DNA from: Oscillospiraceae bacterium
GTDB lineage: Bacteria > Bacillota > Clostridia > UBA1212 > UBA1255
Direction of reading: 5' to 3'
Length of the DNA: 64,000 nt
Assembly (NCBI GenBank): GCA_015069185.1
Contig: SVJB01000008.1
Location: 3,273 to 67,272 of the forward strand
The notes beneath the pieces are model-generated. The model ran no database searches. It saw nothing but the letters and a program-made list of their open reading frames with translations, and was not told the DNA's origin. This document shows positions 31,403 through 40,002 of this stretch, in pieces. The position numbers and the translations under genes were made by a program. The number at the start of each line of letters is the position of its first letter. Positions within the stretch are counted from its first letter, which is position 1.

Positions 31403-32287
31403 ATGTTAGCTGAAAATGCATATCAAGATAATTCAGAAATATCTTTTGACTATACAGATACAGATTCTTTGAAGCAGTACTTAAGAGAGATTTCCAAATT
31501 CGAATTGTTAAGTGATGAAGAAGTTGCTAGTCTTTTCAAGAGAATTGAAAACGGAGACCGCGTTGCATATGACATTGTGGTTGAACATAATTTAAGACTC
31601 GTTGTGAAATATGCCCGCAGTATCAAGAAATCATACCGAGCCCAGGAGTCTGTTATGGATTTGGTTCAGGCAGGTAATATTGGTCTTATGCGTGCAGTTG
31701 ATAAATTCGAGGTTGATAAGGGATACGCCTTCAGCACATATGCAAGCTGGTGGATCAAGCAGAGTATTATAAGGCACATATACGATAACGAAAGTGCTAT
31801 TCGTGTGCCTGTTCACATGAGTGAAAAGTTTGTTGGTATCTCAAGAGCAATTCGTAATTTCCAGGAAGAAACAGGTCGCGAGCCGTCATTTGAAGAAATT
31901 GCACAGAAGTCTAATGTGACTCGCAAAGAATATAATTTATTTAAGTCAATTGATAGAAATGTACTGTCACTTAACGCTACTGCAGGCGATGACGACAGTG
32001 AGTTTGGTGATTTTATTCGTGATGGGGATAGCAGCGACCCTGTTTACGAGGAGGCAAATAAGACTTTGCTTAGTGAGACAGTTCAGGAAGTTCTTGGTAA
32101 GCTTGATTCAAGAGAAGCATATATTATCAAGGCAAGATACGGCATAGGCGATTCATATGTAAAGACTTTAGAAGAAATTGGTTCGGATTTGGGTATCACA
32201 CGTGAACGTGTCCGCCAGATTGAGAGCATTGCTATGAAAAAACTTCGCACCTCCATAAAAGCTGAGAGCCTCAGGGCATATAAATAA
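31403..32287 (+). CDS. Sigma-70 family RNA polymerase sigma factor (RpoD-like, compact)
   Basis: Region 2 is DLVQAGNIGLMRAVDKF...YAFSTYASWWIKQSI and region 4.2 is LEEIGSDLGITRERVRQIESIAMKKL. At 294 aa it lacks a long region 1.1. Confidence 0.85.
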   Translation: MLAENAYQDNSEISFDYTDTDSLKQYLREISKFELLSDEEVASLFKRIENGDRVAYDIVVEHNLRLVVKYARSIKKSYRAQESVMDLVQAGNIGLMRAVDKFEVDKGYAFSTYASWWIKQSIIRHIYDNESAIRVPVHMSEKFVGISRAIRNFQEETGREPSFEEIAQKSNVTRKEYNLFKSIDRNVLSLNATAGDDDSEFGDFIRDGDSSDPVYEEANKTLLSETVQEVLGKLDSREAYIIKARYGIGDSYVKTLEEIGSDLGITRERVRQIESIAMKKLRTSIKAESLRAYK

Positions 32288-32406
32288 GAATTCTACAAAT
32301 TTTCATTGTTATTTTCTCCACTAAATGTTAGAATCACCCGACGTTGTCCACTACGACACGCCGGGTGATTCTACTTCATATATTATTTTATGTGGGTGAT
32401 ATTACG

Positions 32407-33633
32407 ATGTCAGATAAGCGTTTTAACAGATTTAATTATACACATACAATTGTAGCCTGTCTTTGTGGCTGCTTTGTGCAAGCCATAGCAAACAACTTTG
32501 CACCGCTTTTGTTTTTAACTTTCCGATCATCGTATCATATAGCTCTTGAACAGATTGGTTTTCTTGTTACTCTCAATTTTGGTATCCAGCTATTGGTAGA
32601 CTTACTTTCTTCAAAGTTTGCCTCGAAATTAGGAGCACGTGTATGTATTATTAGTGCTCATATACTAACAGTTATTGGTCTTATCTGCCTTGCAATACTC
32701 CCGGAAATATTACCATACCCGTATATAGGCTTGATAATTTCTGTCATAATATATGCTATTGGCGGTGGACTTTTAGAAGTAATGGTCAGCCCTATTGTAG
32801 AGTCTTGTCCGACTCGTAAGAAATCTGCTACTATGGCGCTGTTGCATTCTTTTTATTGTTGGGGGCATGTATTAACAGTGCTTGTATCTACTCTTTTCTT
32901 CTTTGTTTGTGGTATAGATAATTGGAACTATATGGCTATAATCTGGGCTGTTATACCTGCTATAAATACTATATTTCTTTTCTTCGTACCAATTCCGGAG
33001 CAAGATAATAATTCCGGTGAAAAGGTGGGGTACGCCTCTTTCTTCAAAAATAAATTTTTCTGGCTTATGTGGCTTTTAATGCTATGTTCCGGCGCAGCAG
33101 AACAAGGCCTGTGTCAGTGGGCTTCAGCTTTTGCTGAAGCAGGACTTGGTGTATCAAAGGCTGTCGGAGATCTTGCAGGTCCATTAATGTTTGCACTTTT
33201 TATGGGATTAGCACGTATTATTTACGCAAAATTCAGTGAGAAGATAGACCTGCATCAATATATGTTTATAAGCGTAATTCTATGTAGTGCAAGCTATTTG
33301 TGTGTGGCGTTAGTCGGTAGCCCAGTTATCGCTCTGATTGCATGTGCTTTATGTGGGTTTTCGTGTGGGATTTTTTGGCCAGGTACGTTAAGCTTAGCGG
33401 CAGGTAATATATCCAGAGGTGGCAGTATGCTGTTTGCGTTGCTTGCCTTAGGAGGAGATATAGGTTGTACTGTAGGGCCCACGATCATTAGCAGTGTATC
33501 ATCTATTTTTAACGATGACTTAACGAAAGGTATTCTTGTAGCAACCATATTTCCTACGATAATGATTGTGTTATTAACATTGTTTAAGTGGAAAAGAAAA
33601 AAACTTATTTCTTCTGGTTCTTATACTTACTAA
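32407..33633 (+). CDS. MFS transporter
   Basis: About 12 hydrophobic helices. ATG 32407 (MSDKRF) is preferred; the track TTG 32344 lies inside an upstream hairpin loop. Confidence 0.7.
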   Translation: MSDKRFNRFNYTHTIVACLCGCFVQAIANNFAPLLFLTFRSSYHIALEQIGFLVTLNFGIQLLVDLLSSKFASKLGARVCIISAHILTVIGLICLAILPEILPYPYIGLIISVIIYAIGGGLLEVMVSPIVESCPTRKKSATMALLHSFYCWGHVLTVLVSTLFFFVCGIDNWNYMAIIWAVIPAINTIFLFFVPIPEQDNNSGEKVGYASFFKNKFFWLMWLLMLCSGAAEQGLCQWASAFAEAGLGVSKAVGDLAGPLMFALFMGLARIIYAKFSEKIDLHQYMFISVILCSASYLCVALVGSPVIALIACALCGFSCGIFWPGTLSLAAGNISRGGSMLFALLALGGDIGCTVGPTIISSVSSIFNDDLTKGILVATIFPTIMIVLLTLFKWKRKKLISSGSYTY

Positions 33634-34075
33634 CGAGAGTAGATGCGTTGAGACCGGCCATGCCAAATACAGATCCCATAAGCAACCCTGTTAAGAGCAT
33701 TGTTATTACATCTTTGTTGATGGACACGCTGCCCTCAAAGCACCACTTGATTATTACAACCAGGAGCATATATATAAATCCAACAATACATCCATTAAAC
33801 CAGCCTTTGGTACTACTGGCTGCTGTGGAATAAAAGGCAGCGATAGTTATGCTTGCTGCTGCTGTGATTAACAGGGCAGGTGACAGGTATTCTTCCGGAA
33901 ACGAAGTTATACGCATAGCAAATGCAAGTATGAAAAACATAGGTACAGTAATTAAAATCGACATGGCTATGCCACTCAATAAATAAAATAGACGACTTCT
34001 GTCTTTTTTTTCATAATGTTTTTTTAACTTACGATTTTTTGATCTTATATGGTGTGAAAGTATAAAATTTCTCAT
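33605..34075 (-). CDS. Small polytopic membrane protein (YrzE/TIGR04086-like)
   Basis: Four hydrophobic helices. ATG 34075 follows a GAGGT RBS; the track start at 34147 would overlap the upstream gene. Confidence 0.45.
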   Translation of the reverse strand: MRNFILSHHIRSKNRKLKKHYEKKDRSRLFYLLSGIAMSILITVPMFFILAFAMRITSFPEEYLSPALLITAAASITIAAFYSTAASSTKGWFNGCIVGFIYMLLVVIIKWCFEGSVSINKDVITMLLTGLLMGSVFGMAGLNASTLVSKYKNQKK

Positions 34076-34133
34076 GATAATATTTACCTCATGAAGTGAG
34101 CAATCGGTAAATATTATGCATGAGAAATTATAT

Positions 34134-35756
34134 TTATTCTTTGACAATTATCTCTACATCAAAGGACAAGTCATCGCTATGTACAGAAATTGTAGCTGTG
34201 CCAGCGGTGCCGGTAGGGTATACAAGACCATTATTATCTACTGTAACTACCTCCGGATTATGATTTATATAATATATTTTTTCGTGTTCCTCGCAGATTT
34301 CTTTCCAACTGCCGTCAGAATACTCAGCCAGTGCTCTTATTTGCTTTAATTCTTTTCCGGAAAGAGTGGGAAAATATTGTGTTTGCATAGGACTGAGTGA
34401 TAATAGCTTCTTATTCGGATCGTCAAATACAACATCCTGATTATATACATATACCAAAAATTGACAGATGTGTCCATTTTGAGATGCATCTATATATGTG
34501 TAGCCTTCTTTTAATGCAGTGATTGTATTACCAGATATGGAGATTATGGAATCATCATAATTGGAAAATTCTACATTAGTCGCTGTTTCTCTTTCGTAAC
34601 ATACATTGAAGAAAACAAATTCCGGAGAAGCTTTGTCCCCTATGTGCATACGGAGATAATGTGGCTTGACCATAGAGAGGTAAGTGTGATCGAGTATTTG
34701 CTCATGAGGCCATAATTTTATATCACGATGTATATTTTTTTTGTCTTTTTCTGAATAGAATTCGTCATCTATTAATTCAAAGCTGTACTTGTGCATTCTA
34801 TTGCCCCATTTACCCCATTGATTACCATATGCGTAGGAGAGAAAGAGCAAGTCTCCGGACTTGATATGATGATGTTCATCTCCGGAAAAACCACAATTGT
34901 GACACATGAAGCTAGTATTTACCTTTATTTCATTTACCCGGTTGAATTTCATTCCATCATCTGATTCATAAACAACGAGAAAACTTTCTGCTTCGAATCT
35001 GTTATCTGTGGCAAGTGCTATGAATTTATTCAGATCTTCACAATATACAACATCGTAGGAGTCATTCAATCCTGAAGTACGTACAGATGCAATACCATGT
35101 TGCTTTATTGTTGCCGGCCAATTTTCATTAGTTATATCAGCTGTTGCTACACGTGTAGTGCTAGTGTATTTTCCATCAGACAAAGTACTTGTCCATGTGT
35201 AATACATAAATAAAACATCATCTTTGATGACAAATGAAAATTCTCCGGCGCCCCAATTTCGCCAATTTTCATCAAAATATATTATAGGAGCCGGCTTACC
35301 GATCCAATTATACGTCTTGCCACCAACAGTGCGGTGCTCGCCCCAACCATTTCCGGTCCATTTCTCAAAAGGTCCTGTAGGAGATTTTGAACGACCTACA
35401 AATCCGTTGTTGCCAACGCCACCACCATCTGCAAATAAAGTAGAAGTATAACCTATATAATAGTATTCACCATATTTTATTACGGCAGGGTCACATACAG
35501 AGAACCAGTCCAAAGAGTCAGGCGTTGGCGCCATGACTACTCTCTCATAACTCCATGTATTGCCACCGTCTTCAGACCGTCTGTATGTAAACCAGTCTGC
35601 TTCAAATTCATCTCCCGGAGATGCAAACCAAGCCTCTGCAATACCATCGTGACACATTATCGATGCTCCGTACCTGTATCCCCATGTTTGTGTGTCTCTT
35701 GGCATATAGATATCAAAACCTTCATCAGGCAGTATTAATTTAAAATGTTTGTCCAT
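34134..35756 (-). CDS. Beta-propeller glycoside-hydrolase-like protein with Asp-box and C-terminal Ig-like domain
   Basis: SEDGGNTWS is an Asp-box (S-x-D-x-G-x-T-W) and DPAVIKYGEYYYIGYTS is a GH43/sialidase-superfamily-like strand. The C-terminal region of about 90 aa resembles a Big_2-type Ig fold (VTVDNNGLVYPTGTAGTATISV). Confidence 0.5.
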   Translation of the reverse strand: MDKHFKLILPDEGFDIYMPRDTQTWGYRYGASIMCHDGIAEAWFASPGDEFEADWFTYRRSEDGGNTWSYERVVMAPTPDSLDWFSVCDPAVIKYGEYYYIGYTSTLFADGGGVGNNGFVGRSKSPTGPFEKWTGNGWGEHRTVGGKTYNWIGKPAPIIYFDENWRNWGAGEFSFVIKDDVLFMYYTWTSTLSDGKYTSTTRVATADITNENWPATIKQHGIASVRTSGLNDSYDVVYCEDLNKFIALATDNRFEAESFLVVYESDDGMKFNRVNEIKVNTSFMCHNCGFSGDEHHHIKSGDLLFLSYAYGNQWGKWGNRMHKYSFELIDDEFYSEKDKKNIHRDIKLWPHEQILDHTYLSMVKPHYLRMHIGDKASPEFVFFNVCYERETATNVEFSNYDDSIISISGNTITALKEGYTYIDASQNGHICQFLVYVYNQDVVFDDPNKKLLSLSPMQTQYFPTLSGKELKQIRALAEYSDGSWKEICEEHEKIYYINHNPEVVTVDNNGLVYPTGTAGTATISVHSDDLSFDVEIIVKE

Positions 35757-35779
35757 ATGATGTTCCTCCTATTGTTTTG

Positions 35780-36589
35780 CTATATAAGTTTATATAATTG
35801 AATTGCATTTTTGCTTAGAATTTTTTCTTTTAGATCATCGCTTATTGGGAGCTTCATAACAAATTTAACTGATTCAAGTGGATTCTCCCAGGGGCAGTCG
35901 CTACCTAACATAACATTCTCCGCAGGGTGCTTATTTAATATTTTGATGATTGTATCAATATTATCGCAGCATGATGCCAGCATTGCTGTATCCATATATA
36001 CATTTTCAAATCCGGCTAAGTATTTTAATACATCATCCCATTGTTTGAGTCCTCCAAAATGTGCTAAAACAATTTTCAACTTAGGAAAAGCTTTTGCTAT
36101 ATTTGCGCTTTTTTCCGGTGGGGCATGTATAACATCAGGACTATAACAATCCCAACCGGAATGAAAAACAATTGGTAAGTCGAGCTGACTGCATTTGTCA
36201 TATATAGAAAATAATTCTACATCATCAATAAAGAAATTCTGATAATCAGGGTGGAGCTTAATGCCGCGAATATTAAGCTCTTTGATTCTATCAAGCTCTG
36301 CAATTTTGTCAGGATTGCTTTGATGAACTGATCCAAAGGAAATCATATAGTTGTCTTGATACTTTTTATTAAGTTCAGCTGCTACATTGTTAATTGTAGT
36401 TTGTTGCGTTGGACTCGTTGCGATATTGAGATTAATAAACTTGTCAACACCTATTTCATTCATAAAAGATAAAGTACCATCAACTGTACCGTCTGTGCAG
36501 GGTGTGATCCCTGATATTCTCTGCAATTTTGTAATAGCTTTACTTGCAATTGCATCAGGGAAAGTATGTACATGTGTATCTATTATCAT
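35780..36589 (-). CDS. TIM-barrel metal-dependent amidohydrolase-family protein
   Basis: MIIDTHVHTFPD N-terminus with later HSGW and AHFGG motifs (Amidohydro_2-like). Confidence 0.65.
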   Translation of the reverse strand: MIIDTHVHTFPDAIASKAITKLQRISGITPCTDGTVDGTLSFMNEIGVDKFINLNIATSPTQQTTINNVAAELNKKYQDNYMISFGSVHQSNPDKIAELDRIKELNIRGIKLHPDYQNFFIDDVELFSIYDKCSQLDLPIVFHSGWDCYSPDVIHAPPEKSANIAKAFPKLKIVLAHFGGLKQWDDVLKYLAGFENVYMDTAMLASCCDNIDTIIKILNKHPAENVMLGSDCPWENPLESVKFVMKLPISDDLKEKILSKNAIQLYKLI

Positions 36590-36651
36590 TGTTTGTTACC
36601 TTTCATTTTTTTGAGATTATAATACTACGAAAGCTTTAAGTAAATATTATT

Positions 36652-38088
36652 TTAGGTATATAAAATCTTATTTAATCTATCATTGAGTGATGCAACACGA
36701 GGTGAAAAACTGTCGTATGTATGAGTTTTATTTATATTCCAAGTGTTTTCCGCTAAATATGGAATACGATCTTGTAGCATCGTACACTCAGCAGCAATAC
36801 CATCGCTGACGACGGGATATTGGTTTATTATATGATCTCCCCATGCCAATAACTGACCTCCCAATACTTGTTTGGTAGGGGAGATTTCTACTCCGGCTTG
36901 TATATAAGGTGAGTCTGGATGGACAGGCTTCCATTTGTACACGGACCAGTCGTAGACTTCTTTGGTAGATCTTTGTACAACAGGTGCAACAATATACATA
37001 GGGTCCCATGAACAGTTGATTATATTAAATCCGGCTTCAAGAAGCTCAGGTGTTAATTGGTAATAATTTTCCCAGCTCATAATTATGATATCTCTTGATA
37101 TCATGTAATTAACTTGTTTTGCAAATCCTTCCCATGCAATTGGTATACGTTCTTTTTTTAAGACAGCATCACCGATTTCGCTGACAAAGTTTGCAAGACA
37201 TTGTTCTGCAAGTAGTCGTTTATCTTCTGCTTGGGTGTCAATTCCTTTACCCTGTATGTATTCCATGCACTCGCAACATGTAGTCCATTTATTGATAGCA
37301 GCCTCATCTCCGCCTATATGAATGTATTTTGAGTAAGGGAACATATCACATAGTTCTGCAAATATATCTTTCATCGCTTGCATAGATGTCGGATGCTGAC
37401 AAATAATATTCATTGTGCCAAATATTTCAGGATATGCCTCTTGGAAACTTATGCAATGTCCCGGCACATCAATTTCCGGCACCAGTTCTATTCTACGGCT
37501 ATATGCATATTGGACTAAATTATTTATTTGTGTCTTGCTGTAGTACCTATCCTTGGTGGAGAGCTTCGGATACAGATCGCTGGGCAGTGTATAACTCTGG
37601 TCGTCTGTAAAATGCAAATGTAATACGGATGCTTTATAGAAATAGCACATATCTATATAACGCAGTAAATATTCAAAGTCATGCCAGGCTCTGGCTAGAT
37701 CTACCATCATTCCTCTGTAACCTGTATCGGGGTAGTCGTATATATCGCATACTGGTAATAAAATTGTATCTGCTGCTGCGGAGACCTTAATGAGCTGCAG
37801 AATAGTAGCGTATGCATGATGCATACCTGATAAATCAGAGGCAAACAGATTAACCTGAGTCATGGTTATCTTTATTTTGTATGCGCCGGCAGATAGTGAA
37901 CTATCTGTAATCATGTTTATAACTCCATGCTGAGTATAAGAAAACCTCACTCCTAATTTAATACAATATTCAGAAAAAACGAACACTGCTTGGTCAAAAC
38001 TGGCGTTTGATGTGATTGTTGCAGGGAAAGAATAGAATTCTTCTCCGACTTTGTAATTTTTAGGTGTTGGTATCAATTGCACACTCAT
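36652..38088 (-). CDS. GH20 beta-N-acetylhexosaminidase
   Basis: RGMMVDLARA, LHLHFTDDQS and the catalytic HIGGDEA motifs. Confidence 0.85.
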   Translation of the reverse strand: MSVQLIPTPKNYKVGEEFYSFPATITSNASFDQAVFVFSEYCIKLGVRFSYTQHGVINMITDSSLSAGAYKIKITMTQVNLFASDLSGMHHAYATILQLIKVSAAADTILLPVCDIYDYPDTGYRGMMVDLARAWHDFEYLLRYIDMCYFYKASVLHLHFTDDQSYTLPSDLYPKLSTKDRYYSKTQINNLVQYAYSRRIELVPEIDVPGHCISFQEAYPEIFGTMNIICQHPTSMQAMKDIFAELCDMFPYSKYIHIGGDEAAINKWTTCCECMEYIQGKGIDTQAEDKRLLAEQCLANFVSEIGDAVLKKERIPIAWEGFAKQVNYMISRDIIIMSWENYYQLTPELLEAGFNIINCSWDPMYIVAPVVQRSTKEVYDWSVYKWKPVHPDSPYIQAGVEISPTKQVLGGQLLAWGDHIINQYPVVSDGIAAECTMLQDRIPYLAENTWNINKTHTYDSFSPRVASLNDRLNKILYT

Positions 38089-38183
38089 AATATTTCTCCT
38101 AACTATATAATGATTTGTTTGGTAGTACGAAAACTGCTATTATTATAACAATTATGACTGTAAATGCAATTGCTGAATACCTC

Positions 38184-39404
38184 TTAGCAACTCTTATCCG
38201 AGAAAAATTCGGTAAATTTTCTAAGGTCCTCGCTGTCTGTCTGTCTCTTATCTCTGCCGGTCGTGGAATATGTGACACCGCCGTATATACTGTGAGCCAG
38301 ACTCGATACCGAGTCCGAATATATGGCAGTAGAATTTTTTTGTGTATTATTAATATCTGTTAGAGGGTTCTGCGGAGAATGCACGATCTTTGTTGCCTTC
38401 AGCGCGATAGAGATGATATCAGATTGCCAATTATAATTATCCTTGAATAATTTATATCCTTGTCTCGCTAGGGAAAGCGGACTTTGCGTAGGTTGACATA
38501 GTAAAGAGGATAACTCATGGTTGCGCAGTTGTTCGTCTCTGACTATTATCTGTATGCCACAAGCCTTAACATCATTGGATAGAAGTTGTTTACTTATTTT
38601 CTGTGACAAGATCAGCAAAATAAGTCTTATATCATCATTACAATCGATAATACCCTTTTGTGTAAAGCCTTCTCCTATACTCCTAATATCACAGTCCACA
38701 TTGCTGTGGACGACCTCTCTGACATCAATACCACAAGCATATTCCCATAATATTATACCTGGCTTGCCGCAGATTAAGCGCATCTTGTCCTGATTCAGCA
38801 AGGCTATATCTTTGACGGTATATATGGAATGTCTGTTAAGCTTCTTAATAAGATGCCTTGTGATACCGGGAATCTTATAGACAGGTAAATCCCACAAAGG
38901 CTCTCTGAAAGTCCCCGATGCAAGTATTCTTGTGCTGCCGGGCATAGCAATGTCCGACGCAATTTCTGCCAATAATTTGTTGAAGCTGATTCCTATTGAT
39001 ATTGATAATCCAAGTGTATTCTTTACTTCGGATATAATCATCTGTGCGATATTAACTGGATACATACGAAAAGCAGTGGCAGAAATGTCAATAAAACATT
39101 TACCGGGACCTGCATACTCACATAGCATACTATAACGCGAATAGATATTATAAAGTGTTTTATCTATATCTAAGTATTTATCATAATCTGCGGGAATTGC
39201 ATTTACTGCTGTATCATTTATCTTTATATTATATATGTCATCGCCCTTGCTGATACCGTAGCTACGGGCGTTATTGTTTACGTCAATAATTGTATTATTG
39301 TTGAAAATATAGAAAGCTGTTGTAGACAGCGAATTGTTTTGCGCTTCGTGAACAGAAATATAAAAATTATCAACTTTACAATGTAATATTACACGATTCA
39401 TCAT
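38184..39404 (-). CDS. Y-family DNA polymerase (DinB/UmuC, IMS-domain) homolog with substituted catalytic residues
   Basis: VILHCKVDNFYISVHE aligns to DinB IIHVDMDCFFAAVE, CFIDISAT aligns to SLDEAYLD, and NKLLAEIASDIAMPGS aligns to VKFLAKIASDMNKPNG. The fold is clear, but the first Asp is Lys and the Glu of the D-E pair is Ile. Confidence 0.75.
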   Translation of the reverse strand: MMNRVILHCKVDNFYISVHEAQNNSLSTTAFYIFNNNTIIDVNNNARSYGISKGDDIYNIKINDTAVNAIPADYDKYLDIDKTLYNIYSRYSMLCEYAGPGKCFIDISATAFRMYPVNIAQMIISEVKNTLGLSISIGISFNKLLAEIASDIAMPGSTRILASGTFREPLWDLPVYKIPGITRHLIKKLNRHSIYTVKDIALLNQDKMRLICGKPGIILWEYACGIDVREVVHSNVDCDIRSIGEGFTQKGIIDCNDDIRLILLILSQKISKQLLSNDVKACGIQIIVRDEQLRNHELSSLLCQPTQSPLSLARQGYKLFKDNYNWQSDIISIALKATKIVHSPQNPLTDINNTQKNSTAIYSDSVSSLAHSIYGGVTYSTTGRDKRQTDSEDLRKFTEFFSDKSC

Positions 39405-39456
39405 ATGTATTCTCCTTCCATTCTTTGGTAAAATTAATTTTCTTTATAAAAAGGTA

Positions 39457-39485
39457 TTGACAACAGTTGTTCGCGTAGTTAAAAT
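39457..39485 (+). promoter_or_regulatory. Near-consensus SigA promoter driving the XRE-ImmA operon
   Basis: TTGACA (39457-39462), 17-nt spacer, TAAAAT (39480-39485). Confidence 0.65.
39461..39473. promoter_or_regulatory. LexA/Cheo-type box 3 (degenerate)
   Basis: CAAC-AGTT-GTTCG overlaps the -35 and spacer of the plus-strand promoter. Confidence 0.4.
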
Positions 39486-39491
39486 ACAAAC

Positions 39492-39505
39492 AGAACGACC
39501 GTTCG
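39492..39505. promoter_or_regulatory. LexA/Cheo-type box 1
   Basis: AGAAC-GACC-GTTCG matches 9 of 10 positions of CGAAC-N4-GTTCG. It lies at the predicted start point of the plus-strand transcript. Confidence 0.55.
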
Positions 39506-39518
39506 TCATGGGATTTGC

Positions 39519-39547
39519 ATTGTAGCATGAACCGCTGTTCGTGTCAA
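39519..39547 (-). promoter_or_regulatory. Near-consensus SigA promoter driving the Y-family polymerase homolog
   Basis: The minus strand reads TTGACA (complement of 39542-39547), a 17-nt spacer, then TACAAT (complement of 39519-39524). Confidence 0.65.
39528..39541. promoter_or_regulatory. LexA/Cheo-type box 2
   Basis: TGAAC-CGCT-GTTCG matches 9 of 10 positions. It fills the spacer of the minus-strand promoter. Confidence 0.55.
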
Positions 39548-39576
39548 CGGTTATTTTCAATGAAAGGTGAATTATT

Positions 39577-40002
39577 ATGGATTCTGTAAAACTCGGTGAT
39601 AAGATTAAACGTGCCAGAGCAACAAGCGGTCTTACTCAGAAGGCTCTGGCTGACAAGATGGGAGTTACTTCAAGATGTATTCAATATTACGAGAGCGGGG
39701 TTAGGACGCCTCAGAGTACAGAGATATTAATTAAGCTTGCAAATGCACTGTCAGTTGATGTAACATACTTCATGTCTGAGCGTGAACTTGCTCTTATGGG
39801 AGAAAATGAGCTGTTTGTTGAGAAAGCTCAGGCGGAGTATGGTCTTTCAGGTAAGAAACAGGCTCAGCGCCTTATCGAACAGGCTCAGGCGCTGTTTGCA
39901 GGTGGCGAGCTTGACGATGAGGACAAAGAAGCCTTTCTTCAATCAATAAGTGATATTTATTTTGATTCGAAGAGAAGAGAACGAAATAAAAGTAAAGGTT
40001 GA
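39577..40002 (+). CDS. XRE-family helix-turn-helix repressor (ImmR-like)
   Basis: LGDKIKRARATSGLTQKALADKMGVTSRCIQYYESGVRTP HTH, 141 aa, directly followed by an ImmA-like gene. Confidence 0.85.
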   Translation: MDSVKLGDKIKRARATSGLTQKALADKMGVTSRCIQYYESGVRTPQSTEILIKLANALSVDVTYFMSERELALMGENELFVEKAQAEYGLSGKKQAQRLIEQAQALFAGGELDDEDKEAFLQSISDIYFDSKRRERNKSKG

